DNA of 63,501 bases, counting the filler, from Kipferlia bialata (taxonomy: Eukaryota): assembly GCA_003568945.1 (NCBI GenBank). It is 3 parts of 3 records of this genome, joined end to end, with 100 filler letters (N's around TTAATTAATTAA, not from the genome) between each part and the next. Parts side by side here need not be neighbours in the genome. Positions count along the whole stretch, not along the records: positions 21,230 to 42,351 come from BDIP01000339.1; positions 42,452 to 63,501 come from BDIP01000341.1; 1 more part is not named here. The stretch is one strand, 5' to 3'. Shown here piece by piece: positions 39,015-51,423 of this stretch; position 1 is the stretch's first letter; each line of letters starts with the position of its first letter. A program made the position numbers and the translations under genes. The notes beneath the pieces are model-generated. The model was not told the origin of the DNA and did no database searches. It worked only from the letters and a program-made list of their open reading frames with translations.

Positions 39015-42000
39015 TTACACAGTCACGTCAAAGCTCTCCATCTCCCACACAAACTCAACCGGTAAGTCAGAGGCCTGGCTCTTGGCTGAACTGCCCGTGT
39101 CCTGTCGCCTGATGGGTGCACCTCCCTCACTCCCTATGCTACCCATACTTCCCATACTCCCTACACTGCCAATGCTACCACTCCCAGGCTTTACAGCGTT
39201 GTTGCCACGCCTCTCCTTGACCTGGGCATGAGAGGAATGAGATAGAATGCTACGAAGCAATACATATTAATCTATATACAGATTATGCGTAATAGTGTAT
39301 TCCGATACTCTAGGATTCCTAGTATAACAATACTGTGAGAACCTTGCGATATATGTCTGATACCACATCCAGCCTCCACCACATTAGTATGACATTGGCT
39401 GCCCCGTTCCACCATATAATATATAGAGTATATATACTATAAAATATGAGTATTAGTCTAAATATACCTTGCGGTATATGTCAGAGACTACGTCCAGCCT
39501 CCACCACACCAATATGACATTGGCTGCCCCATTCCACCCATTGCCAAAGGAGTGGTAGAGGATCAACCACCAGGGAGGTTGAACTAAGGTAAGAAAAACG
39601 GATAGAGAGAGAGAGAGAGAGAGAGAAAGGTATAGATAATGAACCACCAGGGGAGCTAGTCTAGACATCAGTAATGTATATAGTATATATATTATCTTTC
39701 ACTAGTGTCTTCAACACAATCACTTACCATGTTGGAGTATGCTCTGATTCAGCATGTATGTCCAGGGTACAATCAACACTATAAGAAATATTAGTGCACG
39801 AAATATATATACATGTACACATTATGAACATATGTACAATATCATGTTGACTTGTATATACTAGAGTACATACCGTGTTGTAACACATTCTGAGTCAGCA
39901 TGTATGTCCAGGGCACAATCAACAGCAGGATGGTGGTGCCAGTGATGACGAGGAGGCGGCGGGAGGCACGAAGCTGAGGATAAAGTCAATGATACTCTGA
40001 AAGAAGTGACGTCATTATATAGAGGGAGGAGAGCGGAGAAGAGAAATGATATAAACAACAATGAAAACCTTGGCGTGTGAGGCCAGAGCCTGTCTGATCC
40101 TGAGGAGAGAGCCCACGAAGCAGTAGACACCTGGAGGGTTAGTATAACCATGAATTTCCCATCTATCTATCATGGGTCTGAGGAAATCTAGTCCTAGAAA
40201 GAGAGAGACATAGTCCTTACATGTGAGTGACAGCAGTGCGGCAGGCCAGATGAATGCCACGTTACGGAGCATGGACCAGTAGGAGTCAATGAAGCACCTG
40301 GTGATGAGAATAGTAATAGGATAATACAAAATGCATGTACTATTTACAATTATAGTAGTCGGACCATGGGCAAGTGACTGTCAATGACGAATAGTGTATA
40401 TTATAGAATATGTTGAATATCTATAATATGAAGACATACCCATAGTATGACGCATCAGGTGTGACGTACTGGTGTGGACACTCAAACATGTCACCTGGCT
40501 CACAGGACCAGACCTGGGTGAATAAGGGTGTAGAGGGGGAGAGAGAGAGAGAGAGAGAGTGGTATACATACTAAACTTACCTCCCCAGCCAATAGAATGG
40601 ATATGGCCCCTGTGATTGGGTATCCAAAGGACATGGCCAGGTATAGGGGTTGATACCTAGAGTCAGACAAATATACTAACACATATTTGTGCAGGGATTC
40701 ACAGAAAGAGATTGGTTGGGTATCCAAGGACATGGCAAGGTAGAGGGGTTGGTATCTAGGGTCAGATAGGGGGGGACGGAGAGAAACAAACTAAGCACAG
40801 AACTCACTTTGGGTGGGCATTTGTGGTAGGTATGATTGATCTATAGACAGTATATGTGTGCCCTTGTGGTTGAACACAATGACGATTCAGACTATCATAT
40901 ATATCTATATCACTTGTGAATATATACATGTGTGTATAAACATCTACACTCACTTTGGGTGTGCCCTTGTTGTTGACCTGATTGACCTGTAGATCTCAAC
41001 GGACATGCACGTGGCAACAGCTATAGACCTAGGGTGAGTATAATAGCATGGTATATTCATTGTATACCTGTAGTATATAGCATACATATATATAGATACA
41101 TATGAATACTGGATCTCAATGGACATGCACGTGGCAACGGCGATGGAGCTGATGGTAAGGATATATAATCATATCGTATATTTTGGTATGGACATATGGA
41201 CATGTACGTGGCCACATGGATACACCTATGGTTAGATGAGGATATTCCCACAGACATCCAGACACATCTATTAGGTAACTGGTATATCCGTTCACTATAG
41301 TATTAAAGAAAATAGTTAGTACACAGTACTCAAAGATGAAGTATATATGCCCTCACCCCAGGTGGAAAGCTTTGCCCCTAAATACTAACTATGCATAAAT
41401 ACGTATACATATCTACAATACCTACATGAATGTGTGATTATAATGTATGTTCAATTATATGTAATATACTAATAGTAGTACTCACCCCAGGTGGAATGCC
41501 TCTCCTCCTATGAACTGGGTGAAACAGGGGATCTTGAGACCTTGGTTAGTACAGAGAGATAGCCACAGATGAAGAGACTGCCACGATATGAACACCATAA
41601 TATTCATACCTGAATCCCTTGTTCGCACGTGATGCGTATCGGCTCCAGAAGAAATATGACTAGACATTCAACTACATCATATAGTATATTTATACCTGAG
41701 TCCCTTGTTCTGATGAGTATGGGCTCCAGACTGTGCAGCATATCAACGATATTGAGCCAGAGCACCTAAGATTAAGAGGCCCACATATTAATTATACACT
41801 ACTTCTTTTGGAAAAGAGGCCAGCACCTAGGTAACTAGATGAGAGAGAGAGCATCTGATAACCATACTTAGTATCAAGATAACACACTATATGTGAATTA
41901 ACATACCATCCTGTTAGGCCACATGCTGCCTATCCTGTGATAAACCCTATATATATACAAGTATATATGAATACATGTATATGTGTGTGTGTATCATATA

Positions 42001-42351
42001 GTATATTCGAGATGTATATATCTTGACATATATTAGATATCTTACCATTCTGTTTGGCCACATGCTGCCTGTCCTGTGGTGGGGCAGGACCTGGAGTGAG
42101 GGAAAGATAGTGGTCATCAGGAAGAACTCAAGAATTAGAGAGATTCATGAGGGCAGAGAGAGAGATACCACACATAAAGACGGACATACCATATATACGT
42201 AGCATTTGGTGCATACATTCAAACATGGCATACATACTTTGTATATATAATTGGAACGTATACTCACCCACATATACATATATATAGTATAGTATATATA
42301 CATATATATGAGTATATACATACCCACATGAACACTATGATGGACATGAGG
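39015..42351 (-). CDS. Divergent seven-transmembrane GPCR-like protein (cAMP-receptor-like layout), multi-exon, 5'-partial at linker
   Basis: Exons: PNRMVLWLNIVDMLHSL (TM2 LxxxD), KIPCFTQFIGGEAFHLGSIAVATCMSVEIY (Cys before TM3), YQPLYLAMSFGYPITGAISILL, YYGCFIDSYW (ECL2 Cys), VAFIWPAALLSLTCVYCFVGSLLRIR, ASRRLLVITGTTILLLIVPW, LILYHSFGNGWNGAANVILVWW, then a Ser/Gly-rich tail ending ESFDVTV*. Confidence 0.65.
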
Positions 42352-42451
42352 NNNNNNNNNNNNNNNNNNNNNNNNNNNNNNNNNNNNNNNNNNNNTTAAT
42401 TAATTAANNNNNNNNNNNNNNNNNNNNNNNNNNNNNNNNNNNNNNNNNNNN
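42352..42451. other. Artificial contig-joining linker N44-TTAATTAATTAA-N44
   Basis: Same 100-nt design as 21130-21229; genes on both sides are truncated. Confidence 0.95.
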
Positions 42452-42474
42452 CAATATACTCCACCATATACAAA

Positions 42475-45400
42475 TGGGGTGGGTGGGTCTTCATGGTCAT
42501 GTCAGAACCGGACTCAAGCAAGGTACAAGCTATATATATTTACACTACACTATATACTATATACTACACTATTTACTATTTACTATATACTATACTATTT
42601 GCTATTTACTATACTATATACTCATGGGGTGGGTGGTCTTCATGGTCATGTCAGACCCTGACTCGGGCGAGGTGGGGGTATATTGATATACTATATACTA
42701 TATATACTACTATACTTTACATACTCCTGGGAAGGTTGGTGTTTGATATACTCCGTCTCTATCTCGCTCACTACGAGCCCCAGTGGATACATCTGTCTCT
42801 ATTCCTCTATACATACCTATTCTCTCTCTCACCCCAGGTGATGCTGAAGGAGTGGGACGAGAACAACCTGGAGTGGGACCTCGTTGACGATACCCTTCTG
42901 TCCGATGATCGGTTCACAGACCTGGGGGGGTCTGGTGAGTAGTATTTGTAGTATGGCAGTGTCGGTATCACCAGGAGACACGAACAGTGGAGAGATGTGG
43001 TGATTCCCCCTCACCCCCTATCCTCACCCCCAGTGGCTATTGGCTGGCCCGGGTGGTACGGCTACTACGCCTTTACCGCGTACTACCTGGACTACCTGAT
43101 GATCGCTGCATACAACACATGGCCAGGTAGGAACCATGTGTGTATCAGTATCTATACTGATACTAATACGATTACCTGGGCCAATTACTGGGACTACTAC
43201 ACACACACCTCTGACGCTAGGCAAGACCACCCCTGACACTTCTGTTCCCGACGGATTCGTGTGTGCGTCCATGAAGCCTAGGATATCACTCGGAGGTACA
43301 GCCTACTCCATAGCGGCCATAGTATTTACAAATGCACAAGATATTCGTATCGTCCCTAACTACACCCTTCTCTCACCTACAGGATCCTATCTGGCCCTCA
43401 CTGGCGGAGAGGACAGTTACGCCTATGTCATCGACCTCAGTGACACAGGTAGGGATATAGCTCTCTCTGTTGCTACACCGTCCTCTACACCTTCCTCTAC
43501 CACTTTCCTTACCTCCAGAGGCTGAGTGGCAGCGTCTCTACTGCTCCACAGGAACCGTGACAGACGTTGTGGTGTACGAATTGGATCTGGACCAGTGGCC
43601 GAAGTACAACATTGGGCTGGGCCTGGTGTCAGATGACAGTCCAGACATGAACGGGGATATCACAGGTATGTATATGTGTATGTGTGTGCATGTATATACG
43701 GTGATATCATAGGTGCCGCCACATCATCCATCCATATACAATAGAGCATGTATACATATATATATCTCACTCGCAGGCACCATCACGATGTACGAGTACT
43801 CCAAGGAGTCAACTCCTTTGTATATATACATCTATCTATATATGTACAGATATATGATATGTAGGTAGGCATGCATTCCTAACCCCCAGGCACCATCACC
43901 ATGTATGAGTACTCCAAGGAGTCAGCCACCCACGACGATGGGTTTGTCTACAAGTCAACTGTCTATGGCCCTGCAGACGCCTTCCCTAACGGGGTATGTA
44001 CCCCCCTCTCACTCTCTCTTTAGTCTTCCACCCCTTTCTCACTCAGGATCAGACGTCTGGAATAGCTGCCTGTGAGTTTGTTGACATGAAGAATGAGTAC
44101 ATGACATGTACCTACGCAGATGGACAGAACGGACCAGCCCTCACGTGAGTACTCTCCTTCGTTCTCTCCCCCCTCCTCTCTCTCTTGCTTATTCTCAGAT
44201 ACCACTATATATATATGTGTATATATATATATGCTTACTCCCAGATACCACTAGTACTATGATATATATATATATATATGCTTACTCCCAGATACCACTA
44301 TGAGGATGCCAACGGAGACTATGAGGCAGACGATACGGGAGGCCAGTCATACGTCCTGCAGCATGTGGACTACCCCTTCAGTGTACGTATATATATCTCT
44401 CTCATACTACCCTTCGCCGCTCTTTTCTTATAGGTACTCTACATATACTTGCGGTATACGTGGATGGCCAGACCACTTTTGATTAGATATCTCCCTCTCT
44501 TTCTATCTTGCTCCTACGCTACCCCCTATTCCCTGTGCTCTTAGTCAGGTTACTTGTACATACTCACTATGTCTTATACCCATCTAATGCCCAACTTATA
44601 CCCCCCTTATACCCAACTTATACCCCCGTTATACCCACCTTATGCCCAGGGTACCCAGGATACCTTTGCCGGAGATGTGGCGAGACTCCATGAGTACACG
44701 TTTGTCGCAGATAGGTACCCTTCCCTCCCCCATATTGTTGCTGTATCTATATGTGTACACTACCCCCACTACGTACCCCTTACCTATATATGTATACATA
44801 CTACTACTATATAGGTAGGTCCACCTCACCCCAGCACAGCCCTCGTTCCTGGCTCCACTACCGCTGCTGGAGGTATGTGTATGTGTGGTAGGTGTATAGT
44901 CGCTATAGTATTGATGCTGTAACTGACATACTAGGTGTGTATGTCATGCGTGATGTCTATGCAGACGAGGCCACTCTCAGTGTGACTGAGTACACTCTGA
45001 CTGAGGAGGAGGGCACTCTCTCTCTCTCTCTCCTCACTGACAAGAGCGACTCCTCTTCCACCCTAACCACACCCCTCCTCGATGGCCAGCTCTGGGTCGA
45101 GGTGTACGACTCACAGGGCACCCTCTCCTCAACTGTGGCCACCTACACATTCGACGAGACTGCCTACACATACACCTTCGACGTGACTATGCCTGTGGTG
45201 GCTGGCACCGCTGAGGTCAAGGTGGTACTGGCCGAGTGGTCGATGCTCGATACCAAGCTAGAGTTTGATGTCAAGATTGACGTCCTGTTCACATCTACAG
45301 ACATTTCTAGTCTGACCGGTACCTCTACTTGTGGCACTGAGACACTCACCTATTCCCTGCTGGGCGATGAGGGTGAGGGTGATGGCCCTGTACCATGGAC

Positions 45401-47886
45401 TGAGGACCTTGCTAGTGACATGACTGCAGTGTGGGACGATGCTGCTGAGACCACCAACACAGTCACATACACTGACGGAGTGTACTCTGTGGCGGTGGTA
45501 TACCCTAGTGGAGCAGGTACCTACACCCTCTCCATCAGTGTCATGGGGTCAGTGCTGCTAGGCACCAGGGAGGTCACGGTGGCACCCACCTTCTCCGCTT
45601 CCCTCTCCGTTGTCACTCTGTTGCCTGCACAGTCTCTCTATGGAGCCGCTACCTCGTACCAACTAGTACCTAGGGACGAGTGTGGTCTGCAGATGGACGA
45701 GACGGAGACGAGTGTTGCCTTTGCTCTTGGAGACGCCCCTCTCTCCACTCCTACCATACTGGATACAGCCAACAACTGGACGGTCTCTGTCACATCTGAC
45801 ATCACCTCCGAGGGTCTCTGGACCTTCACAGGCTATGCTGCAGACGGTGTGACTGAGGTGGACTCTACAGTGCTGGAGGTGGCACATGAGTACGTCACGG
45901 AGGACAGTGTCTCTAGGGGTGTCTCCAAGGGCCTCTCCTCTCTGACAGGCCTACCCTCTGCTACTGACACTGCCTTCTCTATTGTCTACACGGTGCGTGA
46001 CCTCTATGGTGAGGCCTTCCTCAGTGATGTCGCCTCTCTGCTCTGGGACGGGACTGCTATCACTACATGCACGGTAGACACTGTGACAGGTGCTGTGACA
46101 TGCACTGGCACCAGTGACGTGCATCCGGAGCAGCTGACAGTCGAGGTTGCCCTACCATCGGGTGAGGTTGTGGTATCCGATGATGTTGACACTGAGTACG
46201 GTCTCACCTCCTCCCTCTCCCTCTCCGTCTCCACCCCTTGTGACACCGAGTCTGCTGAGTTCACACTACTCAGAGACGGCACCCCCTATGTTACTAGCCT
46301 TCTCTCTGTCCTCTCTGCCTCATGGGATGACTCTGAGGACCTTACTACTGTGTCAAAGGGTACCGGTGATGGTGTCTACTACCTGGCTGTTGGAGCGAGA
46401 GAGGTTGGGACCCACACCCTGACCGTGTATCTAGACGGGGATGTCCTTTGTTCAGATACCGTTGACATCGCCCAGGTTGCAGCAGGGACAGACGGTGGCT
46501 CAGTCGTGGTGGCCGAGGGAGACGACCCAACTGTAGGGGACACCTTGGTCGTCCAGGTAAGATGCTCTCCCCCACTATCAGGCAACAGTTGCTCCTCAGT
46601 ACACCTCTCTCCACTACATGTTTCCCTCTGTGTCAGAGTATCTGCGCTTACCTTAGCTGTTGCTCTTGGATACATGTGGTGATCCCATGGATGCCGTAGA
46701 GGATATCCCAGCCACACTCAGAGTGAGTGGCTCCTATATGTATATATACTGTGCTCTGATAGCTACAGAGTGCTTGGCTCCTATAGGGCTTTGACAGTAA
46801 GATGCTTGCGTGATATACTCACTGTTGCCTTACCCTAGGTTCGCCGTTCCACTACATTCGAGGTGGTGGAGACAGTTGACTTCGTGTCCACCGTCTCTGA
46901 CGATGCTGCAAAGGTACACACCAAGGAGTCTGTGACCAGCACCAAGTACGCCGAGTCATGTTAGTTTACGAATCCCCAGTCCACTCTCACCCCCCAGCTA
47001 TAACTTCTACGCCACACCATCCGCCTTCACCAGTGAGGGTGTGTACTCACTCGAGGTTCTCTTTGGCGAGAGCGACGTAGCCGTACTCTCTTCCTCCCTC
47101 TCGGTGTTCACTGGATATGCTTCAGTGGGTGATGTCTCCGTCGGTGTCTCTGGGACCCTATCCACCCTCTCAGGCGTGCCATCCTCTGGCTACACTGTTG
47201 GTGACCCATACTCCCTGACGCTGGTACTCACCGACCTAGAGGGCACTGCTCTATCCCAGAATCTGTCCCCTACCTGTACCATGGCGGGTTATGCCATGGA
47301 TCCAGTGTACGATGCAGCTACCTCTGTCTACACCCTCTCTGGCCTAGTACCCGAGGTTGAGGACGCCGCGTCCCTTGACGTTGTGTGCAGTGTAGACGGG
47401 GTGGAGATGGTACGTGCAGTGTGTTCCCTCGACCAGGGTGGACTACCCTTCTGGGCATACCTTCTCATTGGAGGTGTGACCCTCTGTCTCATTGGCCTAG
47501 GCGTGTACTACTTGTGGACACACCAGACTAAGGACACGTGCAGTGGGATGGACAGACACGCCAAGGTACAGGACTCCAAGGTGGACGATGGACTGGTTGG
47601 TGTGGGTGGTACTGTTGCTGTAGAGCCAGTCATGGCCGTTCCCGTCATGCCAGTCCAGACAATTCCGGTAGGGTTTGTGCCTATCGAACTCATTCAGCCC
47701 CAGGTGGAGGAGGCAGGTGAGGAGGATGGTCTTCCCAACCCCTCTGTGCCTGTCAACCCCGACTCTGAGTCCTCGGTAGGGTTTGAGGGCGAGATTGACT
47801 GTGACTTCCATGTTGTAGTGGAGGACGGACAGGGGGAGAGAGAGGGAGAGGACGAGGCCCTTATGCCACTGGATTGCAAGGTGTGA
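42475..47886 (+). CDS. Large type I membrane/surface protein: beta-rich N-terminal region, Thr/Ser/Val/Asp-rich Ig/filamin-like repeats, single C-terminal TM, acidic tail; 5'-partial
   Basis: Short exons at 42838-44870, then long exons ~44935-46556 and ~46997-47886 with repeated W-D...G.Y.v.....aGt.tL.v motifs and vRDxyG/pRDeCG; TM LPFWAYLLIGGVTLCLIGLGVYYLW; stop at 47884-47886. Confidence 0.8.
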
Positions 47887-49131
47887 TATGGTTTGATATG
47901 TTACGATATTGTACGCGCCTTGTGTCTCGTATCTGACGTCAGGGTATCAGCCAGGTGAACCTTCTCACACAGACTGCGGAGGAGGGAGAGCTATAAGTAC
48001 CCCTTCAATCGACGGTATAGGGACTTGGATATATAGTTAGAGTAGGAGTCTACCTGCTCTACCTGTGGGGTGTATCTACTATTGTGTTACGAATCCGCTG
48101 ATTTGGTATATAGAGTGCCGAGGTAAACATAAATTGTATTTGTAGTCGTTGACTGTGTGGTTGCATGGTTTGTACTGCTTGAACCCACTCAGTGTGTAAC
48201 TCTGTGAGCTCTACCGTACACCCACTCTAAAGTCATACGCTGCCTTTTACCAGGCCAACTTTGTTCGAATGATTAATTGATATAGAAAGACTAACCTCAG
48301 TCACCTATTTCATGGGGAGTGTTGTCAACCTAGGGCAAGGACCAGCCCTTCGAGAGATCTGTGTCACACAGGCCGTTGCTAGCTGTAACCAGCCTAGCCC
48401 AGTCGGTCAGTGATTTCACACGCCTGTTGAAGGTAACCTCTAATGACGGTGTGACTCTTGACGCGGTCGCTGTAGCGGTATACGAGTCGTATCCGTTAAA
48501 CGAACAGGTGATATGGCAAGTTCTTCACGCATCAAGTGCTCTTAACTTTAGAGTCTTAAGTCACCATTGAGGGGCTCTTTGGTGCCGAGGGAAACCAATC
48601 TTAAGCTACAACCTTATGAGATCAACCCGTGGCTGCTGCTCTCATTCAGGTAGCATACGTTGATAACTCCTGGAACACAACCCCTGGGTATCATGGAGTA
48701 TATTCAATATACTATATTGTTCTTAGTACAATCTACTACTTCTTCTTGAAAGGCACACAAGTTGTGTGACACAACCAAGGGTGGAAACTTTCCACTGGAA
48801 AGTAGGCATATTGGTGTGCACTAGCCGATACTTGTATCATCATGTCTATTCGCATCCGGACCAGTCCAAACATATAGCAATGATTGACTCTACGCACTTG
48901 TGAGGTGGTCGGACCTACATGGTTTGTATATAGGTCCGCCAGTACGGATCCTGTGACAGAACCTGTCAGACAGGACCTGTCACTGCCTTGCGGTATGTCA
49001 GTGACAAATGTACAATGAACAATGTACACTGATCATATACACACTCTATTGTCTCTTAGTTAACATGTAAATATACAATTGAATACACAGGAATATGGAA
49101 GGGAGACCCCCCCTCCTCTCTCCCTCTCTCT

Positions 49132-50701
49132 TTACTCCACAGACCCAGGGAGAGACACCTCCCGTGCTGGAGCCTCCATCGAGACCTCCTCCTGCCCCTG
49201 CTCCGCCTCCACACTGGCAGTATCAGTGGGGTTGGCCTCGAGGTCGTCGGCCTTGGACTCAACGGAGCTGCGTCTGAGTCTCCTGGGCCTGACTGCATCC
49301 ATGAAGGGAGCCACACCCACCACAGCGTCACCCACAGTGGGTGAGAGGTAGGTGGCAGCTACCACGGCAACAGGGATAACAGCCACAGCAGCTACCAGCA
49401 CAAGGCCCCAGATACTGCCACCCTCGACGGTAACACTGCCTGAGGTAGGAGTAAGAGAGACAGTGTGCATTAGAGCTTTGGAAGAGAGGTGAAGTAATGG
49501 CGTTCAGAGAGAGAGGTGATGAAGTTGGCTCCACTCTACCTGTGGCAAAGGCGACGCCGTCAATGGCAGCAGAGAGAGAGACGTCTCCCTTGGTAGAGAG
49601 TGACGCTGCAGCCTGGTACACAGAGGCAGCAGCCACCCAGGCAGCAGGGTGGGCGACACCACCCACTGATAGCACCACGTCACTGGATGCCTCTATCGTG
49701 TTGCTGTACTGGTCGACAGGGGACATTGAGACGGTGAGGGTGTCGCCCTTGTTGGCGACGGCCTGGTGCGACATGGAAGAGAGAGAGGGGTAGACAGGGC
49801 CGGCGACAATGGTGACACTTCCCGTCTTGAACTCTGCTCCTGAAGGTGAGGCAGGAGACCGATAGACCGATAGATGGATAGATAGCTGACAGAGGAGAAG
49901 GGTAAAGAGGGCTACAACCAGAGAGAGAAAGAGAGAGTACCTGACACTCCATCATAGATGACTATAGGCTGCTCTCCAGCTGTGGTGAGGCCTGTAAGGT
50001 CAGGACACTCCCACCCCATAACAAAGGAGCCTGGTATAAGGGACTGGAGACAGAGAGAGGACGGTTACTATGACAGGGGAGGAAGATAGGAGGGTATAGG
50101 TGGGGGAAAGTCCCCTATTGCTAGAGAGTGCCAACCACACGTACATGGTGCGGGTGCTGTGTCGTTTGGGAGGCCGATGCTGAAGGAGTAAGGGTCCCTG
50201 TGGTCTGGGATGATGAGCACAGTCTCGGGCGAGTAAGGACTGAACGAGACAGAGACGGCATCCCCGGCAACAGTGGCTGAGGTTTGGATAACGGAGGTTG
50301 CGGCATCAGGGACACCGCACTGGGTCTGCACAGTGGCCTGGGTTAGGTATATACTAGGATACATAAGTATATAGAGAGCCATATATATAGTATCAGGGAC
50401 ACCACACTGGGTCTGCACAGTGGCCTGGGTTAGGGGTATGAGTATCTAGTACATATATATATGCTAGATACACAAATATATAGAGAGCCACATATAGAGT
50501 ATGAGGGACACCGCACTGGGTCTGGACGGTGGCCTTGGCTAAGGAGTATAGATATAGATATACAGATCATATACGGGTATATATATAGAGAGAGCCATAT
50601 ATATTGTATGAGGCACACCACACTGGGTCTGGACGGTGGCCTGGGGTAATGCGGTAGGGGGGGGGGGAGGGAGAGAGAGAGAGACAGTGGGGATTGCATG
50701 C

Positions 50702-50747
<46 letters not shown>

Positions 50748-50761
50748 ATATATACCTATGC

Positions 50762-50804
<43 letters not shown>

Positions 50805-51332
50805 TACATACTTGGTCAATGTACCCGTGAAGGCATTCGTCTATACTATATAATGATTATTATATAGTATGTATTATATAGTATACAATATATACCTGGT
50901 CAATGTACTCGTGACTCCTGACATAGGCTGCGGCATGGAACCCGGTGGCCGAGTTGGGCGTGAAGGTGAAGGAGTATGTCTGGGTGGCATTGTCCCACAC
51001 TGGAGTTATGGGAGACAAAGAGAGAGGAAGAGAGGGAGAGAGTACCTGGGGATATGGGATCCTCAGCCCCTACCACATTGGATATCTCAATTGTGAATGT
51101 CTCTGGCTCCCCGGCCTGGGAGTTGGGGAGAGAAAGGGGGGGGGGAGAGAGAGAGAGAGAGAGGGTGGAGGGGGAGAGATGTGCACCTGTGTGTTTGTGG
51201 TACTGAGACTGCCTGACCCGTCGTAGTAGGACATGGTGTTCCCATACTGGTCCTCAAGAGTGACATGGGGTTAGAGCAACTCTCAGGTGATATATATAGT
51301 TAGTGATAAATATATATTGATAGATAGATTGA
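49132..51332 (-). CDS. Type I membrane/surface protein with Ig/filamin-like repeats and C-terminal TM, multi-exon, 5'-partial
   Basis: Exons contain DQYGNT, VWDNATQTYSFTFTP, QTQCGVPDAATSVI, VSMSPVDQYSNTI; TM GGSIWGLVLVAAVAVIPVAVVAATYL; stop at 49132. 5' end lost at poly-G tract ~51350. Confidence 0.7.
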
Positions 51333-51349
51333 CCTGGGGTAGAGACGAT

Positions 51350-51384
<35 letters not shown>

Positions 51385-51423
51385 GGGGGGGGCCCCCCCC
51401 CCCCCCCCTCTCTGACTGTACAG

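Noticed and set aside
48300..48700. Microsatellite-free intergenic stretch with GAGGGGCTC and AACCAATCTTAAGCTAC, possibly RNase MRP/P RNA
   Set aside because: No matching 5' P4 strand found; needs an Infernal search.
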